Assembly (NCBI GenBank): GCA_035573335.1
Contig: DATMZT010000058.1
Location: 6,299 to 70,298, forward strand
Source: Hyphomicrobiaceae bacterium
Lineage (GTDB): Bacteria > Pseudomonadota > Alphaproteobacteria > Rhizobiales > Hyphomicrobiaceae
Length of the DNA: 64,000 nt
Direction of reading: 5' to 3'
How positions within the stretch are numbered: position 1 is the stretch's first letter; every line of letters begins with the position of its first letter. The position numbers and the translations under genes are program-made. Below are positions 46,864-56,857 of the stretch, piece by piece. The notes below the pieces were generated by a model that was not told the origin of the DNA, made no database searches, and was given only the letters and a program-made list of their open reading frames with translations.

Positions 46864-47207
46864 ATCGGCCGTCCTGTTCGGTCGGGCCCCCAGGGCCTAA
46901 GGGTCGACATCCTGGCGCGGGAGGAGCGCACTCGTAATCGGCACAAACCCCCGGGATGCCCGCACCTGCGCCCCTAAGGGGAAGTGCGAGGACGGCCACC
47001 GGCCAGCCATTGCGGCTGCCGGGTGGACCTTGGCTCCACGCGCGCTGAACTGCTGGCGCCGCCGTGCGCGACATGGTGAACGCCTTGGCGCAAGGCGCAT
47101 CACAGTCCTTGCGTGTAGTCAGGGCATTCCCGGATTGCCGAGCAGCGCTGTGCCGACACACAAAGGCAGCCACACGCGCAGGGGCGACAGCATAGGCAAA
47201 CCCCTCA

Positions 47208-48344
47208 ATGCCCACCCCCCCATCCACCACCCCCGCCCGTCCCGCGATTGTTTGGTTCGCCACGTTGGCCCTGCTCGTAGCGGCCGCCGCCTTGTTGCGC
47301 GACGTCTTGCTGCCGTTTGTAGCGGGCCTGGCGCTCGCCTATTTGCTTGACCCGATCGTCAATCGGCTCGAGCGCTTGGGAATGAACAGGGGCGCTGCGA
47401 CGCTCTTGATCCTCGCGGTGTTCTTCGCCGGTGTGATGCTTTTGCTTTTGCTGGCGCTCCCCGTCCTGATCGCCGAGATCAGCATTCTGATCGAAAAGCT
47501 TCCGGGCTACATCAGTCGGCTGCAGGCCTTGGCCGTCGACCCAAGCCACCCCTCGATCAGCAAAGCCATCGATGTCGGGATCGAAGAAGCCGAACGATCA
47601 AGCGGTGAGTTGGCGAGCGTTGGCGCCGGCTGGCTCTCGGAGTTTCTGCGCGCGCTGTGGTCGGATGGCAGGATGCTCCTGTCCATCTTTTCGCTGCTGG
47701 TGGTGACACCGATCATCACCGCCTATCTGGTTTACGATTGGAACCGCATCATCGCGACCCTCGACAGGCTCGTGCCGGTGGCCAACCGCGACACGGTCAG
47801 GGCGCTGGTGCGCGAGATCGACAGCACGGTGGCGGGTTTCATGCGGGGCCAGGCTACGATCTGTCTGCTGCTCGGCGTCTGCTACGCCCTGGCGCTGCGC
47901 GCCATGGGCTTGAACCACGGCCTGCTGATCGGCGCCGTCTCGGGCCTGCTTGGTTTTGTTCCCTATTTTGGCTCGCTCACCGGATTGCTATTGTCCCTCG
48001 GCGTTGCCATTGCGCAGTTCGGGTTGACGTGGACGCCGATCCTGTTGGTGTTTGGCATCTTCCTGGTCGGCCAATCGCTATCCGACTATGTGTTGGCGCC
48101 CTATTTGGTGGGCAACAAGGTTCACTTGAACCCCGTCTGGCTGATGTTTGCCCTATTTTCCTTTGGCTATCTTTTTGGCTTCGTCGGCCTATTGATCGCC
48201 GTACCGCTGGCGGCCTCGATTGGGGTGCTGGTGCGTTTTGCCCTGCGTCAGCAGCCGGCAAGCGCCGTCGACTGCAACGTCGCGGCAAGGTTCGAGGCCG
48301 GCGCCGACTTAAGCAAGACGCTCGGCGAGCGGCCTTTGCCCTGA
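47208..48344 (+). CDS. AI-2E family transporter (PerM/UPF0118)
   Basis: 378 aa polytopic. LLPFVAGLALAYLLDPIVNRLERLGMNRGAATLLIL and the later YFGSLTG-type region are typical of the family. Confidence 0.85.
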   Translation: MPTPPSTTPARPAIVWFATLALLVAAAALLRDVLLPFVAGLALAYLLDPIVNRLERLGMNRGAATLLILAVFFAGVMLLLLLALPVLIAEISILIEKLPGYISRLQALAVDPSHPSISKAIDVGIEEAERSSGELASVGAGWLSEFLRALWSDGRMLLSIFSLLVVTPIITAYLVYDWNRIIATLDRLVPVANRDTVRALVREIDSTVAGFMRGQATICLLLGVCYALALRAMGLNHGLLIGAVSGLLGFVPYFGSLTGLLLSLGVAIAQFGLTWTPILLVFGIFLVGQSLSDYVLAPYLVGNKVHLNPVWLMFALFSFGYLFGFVGLLIAVPLAASIGVLVRFALRQQPASAVDCNVAARFEAGADLSKTLGERPLP

Positions 48345-48618
48345 GGTTGCGCACAAACCCCTGACCAACAGTGCGATCGGTAGTGTGGCTTTGGGCGGTC
48401 GACGCCTGTCTTGCCTCGTCGCGCTGGCGGCGCGCGGCAGGTCATCTCGCCGACCACGACCGAGCGAGGCTGGTGGGCCAGGCATAGGATTTACCTCGAT
48501 CGTTTCTAACAACAGGCGAGATTGGGCGCCGTTGACCTGCGTCGACGCAAAGGGGCTAGCGCGCCGTGCTTGGTGGAGACTAGAATTCGCCCCCTATTCA
48601 ACCCGGTGAGCACTGAAA

Positions 48619-49812
48619 ATGGACCGCGCGGCAGAGATCAATCTTCTCAAGACGCTGCTGCATTACATCGATAGCGAGACGACGGCGATGGCGCAGGCGC
48701 CATGGCACAACGAGGTGACGGCCTACACCTGTCCCGAGCGGCACAAGCGGGAAGAGGAGATTTTGATCAGGAAGCGGCCGTTGGTGATGGGGCTTTCCTG
48801 CGACTGGCCCACGCCCGGCGCCTATCGCACCGACGATTTCGCCGGCGTACCGATCCTGACGGTGCGCGGTGGCGATGGGAAATTGCGGGCCTTTCTCAAT
48901 GTCTGCCGTCACCGCGGCGCCAAGGTCGCCCAGGGCGCGGGCAACGCGGGGGCCTTCACCTGCCCCTATCACGGATGGACCTACGGCAGCGACGGGCGGC
49001 TACGCGGCTTGCCCGAGGAGGCGACCTCCTTTCCGGGCGTGCGGGCGCAACGACCGGGTCTGACGCCGCTGCCGCTTGCCGAGAAGTACGGCATGGTTTG
49101 GGTGTTGCCCGCTGCCGCTGCCGACCGCTCGGCCGATCTTGCGATTGATCCGTGGCTCGAGGGATTGGGTGCCGATCTTGCTTCCTGGAAGCTCGACACC
49201 TACCATTTCCACGATCGCCATGTGCAACACGAGGAGATGAACTGGAAACTCCTCGTCGATACTTTCCATGAGGGTTATCATTTCGGCTTTCTGCACAAAG
49301 AAAGCCTGCGCGATATCCTGGTGCACAACGTCGGTGAGTTCACCCCGTATGGGCCGAACTTCCGCCTCGTTTACGGGCGCACCAAGCTTGACCGGTTGAA
49401 AGCCATGCCGGAAAGCGAGTGGGACCTGATGTGGAACACCACCATCGTCTATTCCATGTTCGCCAACACCATCTTTTCCCCGCAGGGCGACCACATGGAA
49501 ATATTCCGCATTTTTCCCGTCGAGGGTCGCACCGATCGGGCGGTGATGGAGACGTCGCTATACATTCCCAGGCCGATCGAAACGGCGGATGAGAAGCGCC
49601 ACTGGGATGCGAACCTTGCGCTCGCCATCAAGGTGATCACGACCGAAGACTTTCCGGCCGGCCGAAGCATGCAACTTGGCTTCAGCTCGGGTGCGCAGAG
49701 CCACGTCGTCTACGGACGCAACGAGCCGGCGCTCGCGCACTATCACAAATCGATCCGGCACGCGCTCGGGTTGCCAGTGGACGAGGGCCCGGTTCGCGCC
49801 GCGGCGGAATAA
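48619..49812 (+). CDS. Rieske-type aromatic ring-hydroxylating oxygenase, alpha subunit
   Basis: CRHRGAKV ... CPYHGWTY Rieske boxes, followed by a catalytic domain with EGYHFGFLH. 397 aa. No reductase or ferredoxin gene is adjacent. Confidence 0.88.
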   Translation: MDRAAEINLLKTLLHYIDSETTAMAQAPWHNEVTAYTCPERHKREEEILIRKRPLVMGLSCDWPTPGAYRTDDFAGVPILTVRGGDGKLRAFLNVCRHRGAKVAQGAGNAGAFTCPYHGWTYGSDGRLRGLPEEATSFPGVRAQRPGLTPLPLAEKYGMVWVLPAAAADRSADLAIDPWLEGLGADLASWKLDTYHFHDRHVQHEEMNWKLLVDTFHEGYHFGFLHKESLRDILVHNVGEFTPYGPNFRLVYGRTKLDRLKAMPESEWDLMWNTTIVYSMFANTIFSPQGDHMEIFRIFPVEGRTDRAVMETSLYIPRPIETADEKRHWDANLALAIKVITTEDFPAGRSMQLGFSSGAQSHVVYGRNEPALAHYHKSIRHALGLPVDEGPVRAAAE

Positions 49813-49997
49813 GGCGAGGAACCTGCTGCGCCCTGTGCGGGTGGATTGGCGTCATGGCGCGCGGATTGATAGGTCCAACCGTATTTTCTAGAAGCCTCGA
49901 TCGCACGTTGCGGTGCGCGATAGCGCCAGCGGCAGTTCAAGTCACCGCTATCGCCCCGGCAACGCCGCCAACTCGTCGCCGACGTCTGCCACAAAAT

Positions 49998-50807
49998 CTA
50001 TTCCGGCAGCCCAGCTTGCCGCAGACCGTCCCGCCATAGGGCGAGGTGTTCTGGGCGCCGAAAAGTGAAGGCGGTGAAAGTCGTCACCCGTAATGCAGGA
50101 TAAACTTGGCGCAAATGGGCCATTTCTCGCTGCGCCTCCTGCGGCCGGCCCGCAAGTGCGTGAGCCGCGGCGGTGACGGCAGAAGCAGGCGTATAGTTTG
50201 GCTCCTCGCGCATTGCTCGTTGCGCCCATTCACACGCTTCGTCAAAACGGCCGGCGAGGAAATGCGCAAACCCCGTCCCTGCCTGCATATGGTACAACGT
50301 TGGATCTAGGGGACTGAGGCGCATCGCCTGCGCCAGGTGTTCGATCGCGACATCCGGCTCGCCCAGAAAGTTTCTGAACAGGCCGCTGAGGACCCATGTT
50401 GTCGCCAGGTTGGGATTAAGCTGAAGCGCCCGCTCGAGGAAAACCAAGCCACTCTCGAACTCGCCGGCGAGAAAGCCCAGGGCATATCCGCCCCTCCCGA
50501 GCGCCACGGCATCATCCCTGCCTAGTTCAACGGCCCGCCGAGCTAGCTTCGCGCCTTCCATATTTTCCTGAGCGCGGTCCAACATCCAGCCGTTGTATTT
50601 GCGCCAGACGTAGCACCACGCGGCCATGAGTAAGTCGCCTCCCGTCGTCGGCTGGGTGAGCATTTCCTGCCGCCGTAACGCCTTCGCGTCCTCTCGGGGG
50701 ATGCACACGAGATTGGGATAAGGGCGGCTCTGACAACCAACCGTCTGTGATGTCTCGTATCTCCCCGAAAGGTGTTGAGGTGGCGAGGTTTTCCGCAAGC
50801 GGGACAA
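49998..50807 (-). CDS. tetratricopeptide-repeat protein, stand-alone C-terminal-type module (possibly a truncated remnant)
   Basis: TPR-like helices (ERALQLNPNLATTWVLSGLF..., HLAQAMRLSPLDP..., AQRAMREEPNYTPA...) resemble the C-terminal TPR module of larger cyclase/regulator proteins. No N-terminal catalytic or DNA-binding domain is present. An alternative ATG is at 50663. Confidence 0.55.
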   Translation of the reverse strand: MSRLRKTSPPQHLSGRYETSQTVGCQSRPYPNLVCIPREDAKALRRQEMLTQPTTGGDLLMAAWCYVWRKYNGWMLDRAQENMEGAKLARRAVELGRDDAVALGRGGYALGFLAGEFESGLVFLERALQLNPNLATTWVLSGLFRNFLGEPDVAIEHLAQAMRLSPLDPTLYHMQAGTGFAHFLAGRFDEACEWAQRAMREEPNYTPASAVTAAAHALAGRPQEAQREMAHLRQVYPALRVTTFTAFTFRRPEHLALWRDGLRQAGLPE

Positions 50808-51097
50808 AACTTGCGCCAGCCCAGTTTTGGAGGGGCTGCGAGCGGCGGGCCAGCAGAGCTCGCCGGAGCCCCGATGCGCCCCTCAATACTACCCGCCTTG
50901 CCAAGATCGCGGTGACCTGAACCTGGTGGGCTCAGGTTTCGAACGCGTGTCACGCGCGACCGATTGATCTTGTATAGCCCATTTCAAGGGCTTTGTTGAT
51001 GTGAAGTCCCTTTTTAGTCCCTGTGGAGTTTGCTTGGCAGGTGATTGCGAGACGCCGGGAGCGTTGTTAAGCACAGCTATTCGGTTAGAGGGGGCAG

Positions 51098-51811
51098 ATG
51101 CGCTATCTCGGCATCGTCATTTCCGTCCTCGTTTGCAGTTTGCAGCCCAATTTGGCAGTTGCCCAAGGGCGCGCGACGACTGCAGAGGCGGCTAAGGTGG
51201 CTACCGCGACGAGCACGCTTGTTGCCTGCATTCGCCACGACATTCACAAGCAAAGCTCCACGGCCTCGGCAGCAACCTCGCCGCTGACGGTGGCGAGGTC
51301 CGTCGAGGCGACGTGTCGCTCGCAGCTGCAGGAGGTTGAACGCACGTCGCAAAGAGAACAAGGCGCTGCCTTTGATCGAATGGCCTTCGAGCGCGAGTGG
51401 AGAGCAGCGATTGCTGTCGGAGCGCAAGACGTTCTAACCGGTGCGTCCGCCCACTCGCTCGATCTAGAGACTGGGCTCAAGAACGGGCAGACGAACAAGG
51501 AGTTCGATCGGATCCTGCTGGTCAACGTTAAGGCCAAAAGACTTGCTGCGCAGACCTGCCTATATTCGAACATTAAGAAACACGCCGGCCCGACACAAGA
51601 ACCCGCCGAGGCCGTCGCTCACGTGGCCATAGTGGCATGCAAGCAGGATCTGGATCGACTGAACCAAGCCAGCTGCTTGCAAGTCACGGGCAACAATTGC
51701 ACGATTGATCTGACAAAGACCAACGCCCTGCAAATGCACATCAATGAATGGGGCTCATCGGTGACTGCCGCCGTTGCATCGACGCGGTGGGAAGGCCAAG
51801 CGCCGCGCTAA
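51098..51811 (+). CDS. hypothetical secreted protein with two Cys-pair modules (237 aa)
   Basis: SD AGAGGGGGCAG. Signal MRYLGIVISVLVCSLQPNLAVA. Lower-GC patch. No family recognised. Confidence 0.6.
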   Translation: MRYLGIVISVLVCSLQPNLAVAQGRATTAEAAKVATATSTLVACIRHDIHKQSSTASAATSPLTVARSVEATCRSQLQEVERTSQREQGAAFDRMAFEREWRAAIAVGAQDVLTGASAHSLDLETGLKNGQTNKEFDRILLVNVKAKRLAAQTCLYSNIKKHAGPTQEPAEAVAHVAIVACKQDLDRLNQASCLQVTGNNCTIDLTKTNALQMHINEWGSSVTAAVASTRWEGQAPR

Positions 51812-52208
51812 CTTGCCTGCAACGGCGCAAGCGATGCGTCGACACGACCTCGTTCAGCTCTTTTGCGCCTTGGGCACCTTGCATTGGTTTCTGCGAGATC
51901 CTGAGCGCACAGTCGCTCGTTCCAGTCGCATCTTTATCCTTTGTCGTGGTGGCGGCATTGGTGCGCGATCGCGCCGGTCGACAGTTCTTCGCGGTGGCAG
52001 GTTGTTAGGCTGACGCCAATGCGCCACGTGCAGCAAGGCTCGCAACGGCTGTCGTCAGCGCGACCGACGGAACGTTGCCGACGAGGATCGGCTGCCCGCA
52101 CGTCGTGGGCTGATCGTCGCAAACGTCGTGGCTTCCCCTGCACAGATAAACTATCGTGGGGATCATCATAACCAAGCCGCGCGCCGGCGAACTTCGGGGA
52201 GAGAAACG

Positions 52209-53228
52209 ATGGTGAGGCGTCTTCGATTGGGTCGACGGTTTGCAATGCTTGGGCTGGTGCTGGTGGCTGCCATCTTGGCTGGGGTGGCGGGCGCGCTTGC
52301 GGCGGACAAAAAAATTATTCGCATCAATCACGCCGGGGCCGACGACATCGTCGGCACGGAGCACCAGATGTTTTCTTGGGTCTTCGCCAACTACGTGAAC
52401 TCGAAATCGCCGACCCTCGACGTCAAGATCTTTCCCAATAGCGGCCTGGGGCAGTCGCGACAGGTGATTGAGGCCATGCAACTCGGCTCCGGCGCCAGCA
52501 TGCACGTCGGCGGCATGGCGGAGTTCGCCAATTTTTGCAAGGCCAAATGCGGTGTGATCGGCCTGCCCTTCATCTTCTCGGGCTACGATCACGTGCAACG
52601 CGTGCTCGATGGCCCGGTCGGTGCCGAACTATCGCAGGAGCTGGAAGCAATCGGCTTCAAGGTGCTCGGCTATTTGTATTCCTGGGGCTACCGCAACGTC
52701 GTCACCGCCAAAAAGGAAATCAAGACGGTGGCCGATTTGAAGGGTCTGAAGATCCGCACCATTCCAACGCCGGTTTTCGTCGGGGCCGTCAACGCCATGG
52801 GCGCATCGGCGACGCCGATGAACTTCGGCGAGGTCTATACGTCCTTGCAAAGTGGGGTGCTCGATGGTTACGAACACACCTCCACCACGACGGCGTCTTT
52901 CAAATTCTACGAGATCGCCAAGTACTACGCGCTGACCCAGCACCTCATTGATCCGACCGTGGTCGCCTTCTCCCTGTCGGAATGGAAGAAGCTTGATGAC
53001 AAGGAACAGGCCGTGGTCCTTGAGGGTGCCAAGCTCGCGACCGATATCGCCCGCGCCATGTCGCCCGTGCGCGATGCCGAAGGCATGGCCGAGCTGCAAA
53101 AGCGCGGCATGACCATCACGCGTCCGGACATGACGGAGGCGCGCAAGGCCGCCGCCGGCTTCCAGCAGGAGATGGCGGCCAAGCTCAAAGCCGAGCATCT
53201 GCTGAAGCAGATTCTGGCGCAGCAATAA
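52209..53228 (+). CDS. dctP: TRAP transporter substrate-binding protein (DctP family)
   Basis: ATG at 52209 after GGGGAGAGAAACG. Signal MVRRLRLGRRFAMLGLVLVAAILAGVAGALA. DctP-type pattern (IRINHAG..., LKGLKIRTIPTPVF, FYEIAKYYALTQH). Confidence 0.88.
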   Translation: MVRRLRLGRRFAMLGLVLVAAILAGVAGALAADKKIIRINHAGADDIVGTEHQMFSWVFANYVNSKSPTLDVKIFPNSGLGQSRQVIEAMQLGSGASMHVGGMAEFANFCKAKCGVIGLPFIFSGYDHVQRVLDGPVGAELSQELEAIGFKVLGYLYSWGYRNVVTAKKEIKTVADLKGLKIRTIPTPVFVGAVNAMGASATPMNFGEVYTSLQSGVLDGYEHTSTTTASFKFYEIAKYYALTQHLIDPTVVAFSLSEWKKLDDKEQAVVLEGAKLATDIARAMSPVRDAEGMAELQKRGMTITRPDMTEARKAAAGFQQEMAAKLKAEHLLKQILAQQ

Positions 53229-53342
53229 CTGGCGGTCTGCAGGTCCGGCGGGGCCCCCTGCCCGACCTTTTCGCCCGCACGCGATCGCATTGAGAAGGGG
53301 CGGGGCGGCGCCATCAGGCGCAGTGCCGGCCTGGGAGCAAAC

Positions 53343-53837
53343 ATGAAAGCACTGTTCGCAGCGATAGATCGCGGCATCGAGCTGCTCGTGGCGGCAATCT
53401 TTGCCGCCATGATTCTGATCGGTAGTTGGCAGGTCTTCAGCCGCTTCGTGCTGAACGCGACGCCGAGCTGGAGCGAGGAAGTGCAGATCTTCGGGCACAT
53501 CTGGCTGGTCTTCCTGGCCATCCCGATCGCCTACCGGCGCGGCGCCCACATCACGGTAGAAGCGATCCGGCGCGTCCTGTCGTCCTGGCTAAGTCGGGCG
53601 CTCGATCTGCTGATCGAGCTGTTGTGGGTGGGGTTCGCGCTTGCCACGGCCTACTACAGCTATCGGGTTTCCCTGGTCACGCGAAATTCCGTTTCGCCCG
53701 GCCTGGAGATACCCATGAGCTATCCCTACTACGGCATGATCCTGGGCAGCGTGTATTTGGCATTCGTCGTCATCCGGCGGCTCAGCGGCGAGCCACCGAC
53801 GACCGATGAGCTTCCTCCCGAGGCGACGGCGCCATGA
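53343..53837 (+). CDS. dctQ: TRAP transporter small permease (DctQ family)
   Basis: 164 aa with four TM helices. SWSEEVQIFGHIWLVFLAIPIAYRRGAHI is typical of DctQ. Confidence 0.85.
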   Translation: MKALFAAIDRGIELLVAAIFAAMILIGSWQVFSRFVLNATPSWSEEVQIFGHIWLVFLAIPIAYRRGAHITVEAIRRVLSSWLSRALDLLIELLWVGFALATAYYSYRVSLVTRNSVSPGLEIPMSYPYYGMILGSVYLAFVVIRRLSGEPPTTDELPPEATAP

Positions 53838-55123
53838 TAACGTTTCTGCTCACCACCCTCCTCGGCGTGATGCTGCTGGGCATCCCGATCCTGATTGCCA
53901 TTGCCCTGATCGGCTTCGTCGGTATGGCCTTGTTGCCCGAGGTCGTCATGCCGCTGTTCGCCCAGAAGATGTTTGGCCAACTCGATTCCTTCACACTGCT
54001 GGCGATGCCTTATTTCATTCTCGCCGGCTCGATCATGACGGCGGGCGGCATCAGCAAGCAGCTTGTTGATTTCGCGCGGGCCCTGGTCGGACACTTTCGC
54101 GCCGGGCTTGCCCATGCCTCGGTCGTCGGCAGCATGGTTATGTCGGGAGTGTCCGGGTCCTCGACGGCGGATGCTTCGGCGATCGCTTCGATTCTCATCC
54201 CGACCATGAAGCAGTCGGGCTACAAGCCGGGGTTTGCCGCCGCCCTGATTGCCACGGCGGGAACGATGGGGGCCATCATTCCGCCGAGTATGACCATGGT
54301 CGTCTACGGTGCCATTGCCCAGGTGTCGATCGGCGGGCTTTTCCTCGGCGGGATCATTCCGGGCATCCTGATCGGCCTAGCCCTGATGCTAACGATCAAG
54401 CTCTACACCTATCATCCCGCCTATCCCGAGCTGCGCCAGGTGACGGCACGCTTTGACCTGTGCGCCTTGTGGCGCTCGGTGAGCTCGGCATGGTCGGGGC
54501 TATTGGCGCCGCTCATCATCGTCGGTGGCATCCTATCGGGTGTATTCACCGCCACCGAGGCCGGTGCCGTCGCTTGTGTCTACGCCTTCATCGTCGGCTA
54601 CTGCGTGGAGAAGAAGATCACGCTGAAAAAGGTGCCCGATATCCTGGTGGACGCGGCGATCACCACATCGATGGTGTCGGGCATCATCGCCGTGTCGGGG
54701 CCAATGGGATGGGTTTTGTCCTATCTGCAGTTTGACGGGATGGTGCTTGCGCAGGTTTCAACGCTGTCGGCGAGCCCGACCATGATCCTCCTCATCCTCG
54801 CCGGCGTGATGATCTTGCTCGGCACCTTTGTCGATTCGTTGATCGTTCTCCTCGTCTTCGCTCCCGTAGCCGTTAGCGTCACGAAGGCTTATGCCCTCGA
54901 CCCCTTCCAGGTCGGTCTTGTGATGGTGATCTGCAATCAAATCGGGGCGGTTTCGCCGCCGACGGCACCTCTGCTGTTCATCACCACAAGTATCGCCAAG
55001 ACGCCGATCGATCAGACCAACCGTCATGTTTGGACCTTTATGCTGGCGGAAACGTTGGTGCTCGTGCTGGTGATCCTGATTCCCGGCCTGTCCTCGTGGA
55101 TTCCGAATTATTTCTTAAAGTAG
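53834..55123 (+). CDS. dctM: TRAP transporter large permease (DctM family)
   Basis: The start overlaps the dctQ stop (ATGA). 429 aa polytopic. FTLLAMPYFILAGSIMTAGGIS and SGSSTADASAIASILIP are typical of DctM. Confidence 0.9.
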   Translation: MITFLLTTLLGVMLLGIPILIAIALIGFVGMALLPEVVMPLFAQKMFGQLDSFTLLAMPYFILAGSIMTAGGISKQLVDFARALVGHFRAGLAHASVVGSMVMSGVSGSSTADASAIASILIPTMKQSGYKPGFAAALIATAGTMGAIIPPSMTMVVYGAIAQVSIGGLFLGGIIPGILIGLALMLTIKLYTYHPAYPELRQVTARFDLCALWRSVSSAWSGLLAPLIIVGGILSGVFTATEAGAVACVYAFIVGYCVEKKITLKKVPDILVDAAITTSMVSGIIAVSGPMGWVLSYLQFDGMVLAQVSTLSASPTMILLILAGVMILLGTFVDSLIVLLVFAPVAVSVTKAYALDPFQVGLVMVICNQIGAVSPPTAPLLFITTSIAKTPIDQTNRHVWTFMLAETLVLVLVILIPGLSSWIPNYFLK

Positions 55124-55190
55124 CCGCCGAGAACTGCGGTTCTGCAGACTTGTGGTTGTGGTGTTGGCTCGGGGGTGGAGAGCGGTCGTC

Positions 55191-55592
55191 GTGAACTACC
55201 GGATCATTGAGCGGGCGGCGATCCGCGTGGCCTACACGACGTCCATCGGGGATCCCTCGGCGTCGGATGCCTTCCAAAGGCTTGAGCAGGTGGTGCCTTT
55301 GAAGGGCAACCGTTTCTTTGTCACCTTCGATAGCCTGACGCAGGAATACCGAGCCTGTGTCGCGCTCAAGGCTGGGCAAGGCGGGGCTTGCTATGGCTTA
55401 CCGGAAGGTATGCTGCCCGGTGGACAATATGCCTACGCAAAGCTGGTTGGGCCGTTCGCCGATATCGTGGCCCGCATCGCGCCGACATTCGCCCTGATGC
55501 GCCGGCAACACGGGCGCGACCCAACGCGTCTGCCGATCGAATACTACAAGCGCTCGAGCGAAATTGTCCTTTACTTGCCGGTTTCACCCTGA
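55191..55592 (+). CDS. GyrI-like / effector-binding-domain small protein
   Basis: GTG at 55191 after GGGGGTGGAGAG. (M)NYRIIERAAIRVAY..., LPGGQYAYAKLVGPF..., PIEYYKRS... fit the GyrI-like small-molecule-binding fold. 133 aa. The start is uncertain. Confidence 0.55.
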   Translation: MNYRIIERAAIRVAYTTSIGDPSASDAFQRLEQVVPLKGNRFFVTFDSLTQEYRACVALKAGQGGACYGLPEGMLPGGQYAYAKLVGPFADIVARIAPTFALMRRQHGRDPTRLPIEYYKRSSEIVLYLPVSP

Positions 55593-55639
55593 GCAGCGCC
55601 GCGGCGTCCAAGCACGCGTCCTTTCCGCCTGGAGAGAAT

Positions 55640-56698
55640 TCAGGTCGGGCGGTGTGCGTCGATCTCGCGCGCCGCGATCCATAGCCCGGGGAACTCGACG
55701 GCAAGCCATTTTGCCAGCGCGGCATTGACCGCGAGCGGTTGCTCCTGGGCCATCCAGTGGCCCGACGGCACGATCACTTCTTTAAGTTGCGGCGCATGCG
55801 CCCGCATGGGTTCGGCAAGGCGCGATTTGAGCGTCTCGCAGACATAGTCGTAGGCGCCATGCAGGAATAGGACCGGCATCGGCAAGTGCCAATTGGCCTG
55901 GGCGCGCTGCGCATAGGCAGAGTTGGCGTCGCCGTTCAGATACCAACTGGCGGGACCGAAAAACCCATTGCGCTCGAGCGCGGCGACGTAGCAGTGCTCG
56001 TCCTCCTCGCCCAGCACGGCTGAATCGCGCGGCAGTTGCGGGGCCGCACGCTGGGGGCCGAACCAACCGCCGTTGGCGCGAACCGACGCGGTGCGCGCCG
56101 GTTTGCCTTGGCCGGCCGGGTCGCCCTCGCGGAAAAGCGCACGCACGGTGGCGCGAACATCACTTTCGAAGGCGGCGCACGCGGCCGCAAAGCTTTCGCG
56201 ATAGAACAGCTGGTAATCCCATTGCGCCGCGGGAAACCGATCCTCCGGATAGACGCTTCGATCGCAGAGCGGAATGGTATTCTCGACCCGGAAGCCCGCG
56301 GGGATATAGGGCACGCACAGACTTGCCACGCCATGGCAGCGGCCGGGATGATGCTGCGCGATCGACCAAATCACCGGCGAGCCCCAATCGTGTCCCACCC
56401 AGATTGCGCGCTCGGCGCCGAGCGCATCGGCGAGCTCGATCATGTCGGCAACCACTTCCTCCAGGGCATAGTCTTCGTGACGCCGATAGCTGCTGGAGCG
56501 CCCGTAGCCGCGCATGTCCGGGGCAATCGCGCGGAAGCCAAGGCCTGCAAACACGGGAAGCTGATGCCGCCAAGAAATCGACAGCTCGGGCCAGCCGTGC
56601 AGAAAGACAATGGGTGTTGCCTGCGCCGCCCCGCATGCCAGATAGAACGACGTGTGTCGCCGGCTGCGGGCAACGTGTTCGGTGATCGGGAAGCTCAT
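55640..56698 (-). CDS. alpha/beta-fold hydrolase, epoxide hydrolase-like
   Basis: ATG at 56698 after GAGAGG. IVFLHGWPELSISWRHQ (HGWP oxyanion motif) and VGHDWGSPVIW nucleophile elbow. 352 aa. Confidence 0.85.
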   Translation of the reverse strand: MSFPITEHVARSRRHTSFYLACGAAQATPIVFLHGWPELSISWRHQLPVFAGLGFRAIAPDMRGYGRSSSYRRHEDYALEEVVADMIELADALGAERAIWVGHDWGSPVIWSIAQHHPGRCHGVASLCVPYIPAGFRVENTIPLCDRSVYPEDRFPAAQWDYQLFYRESFAAACAAFESDVRATVRALFREGDPAGQGKPARTASVRANGGWFGPQRAAPQLPRDSAVLGEEDEHCYVAALERNGFFGPASWYLNGDANSAYAQRAQANWHLPMPVLFLHGAYDYVCETLKSRLAEPMRAHAPQLKEVIVPSGHWMAQEQPLAVNAALAKWLAVEFPGLWIAAREIDAHRPT

Positions 56699-56857
56699 GT
56701 CCTCTCGCCGGGTTGGTGGTGGTTCAATCCTCGTCTTTGAGCCCTGGGCAGCGATGTGAGACTTGCGGTGGCGCCATGCGCCAGGCCGAACCAAAATGCG
56801 CTTTGGCTGGTCCTGCGCGTCCCCTCGGACGGTACCGGCACCCGACAAGTGCAAATA

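Noticed and set aside
52005-52169. 54-codon Cys-containing minus ORF (MMIPTIVYLCRGSHDVCDDQPTTCGQ…) divergent from dctP
   Set aside because: It has no SD, only moderate GC3 and no supporting motif.
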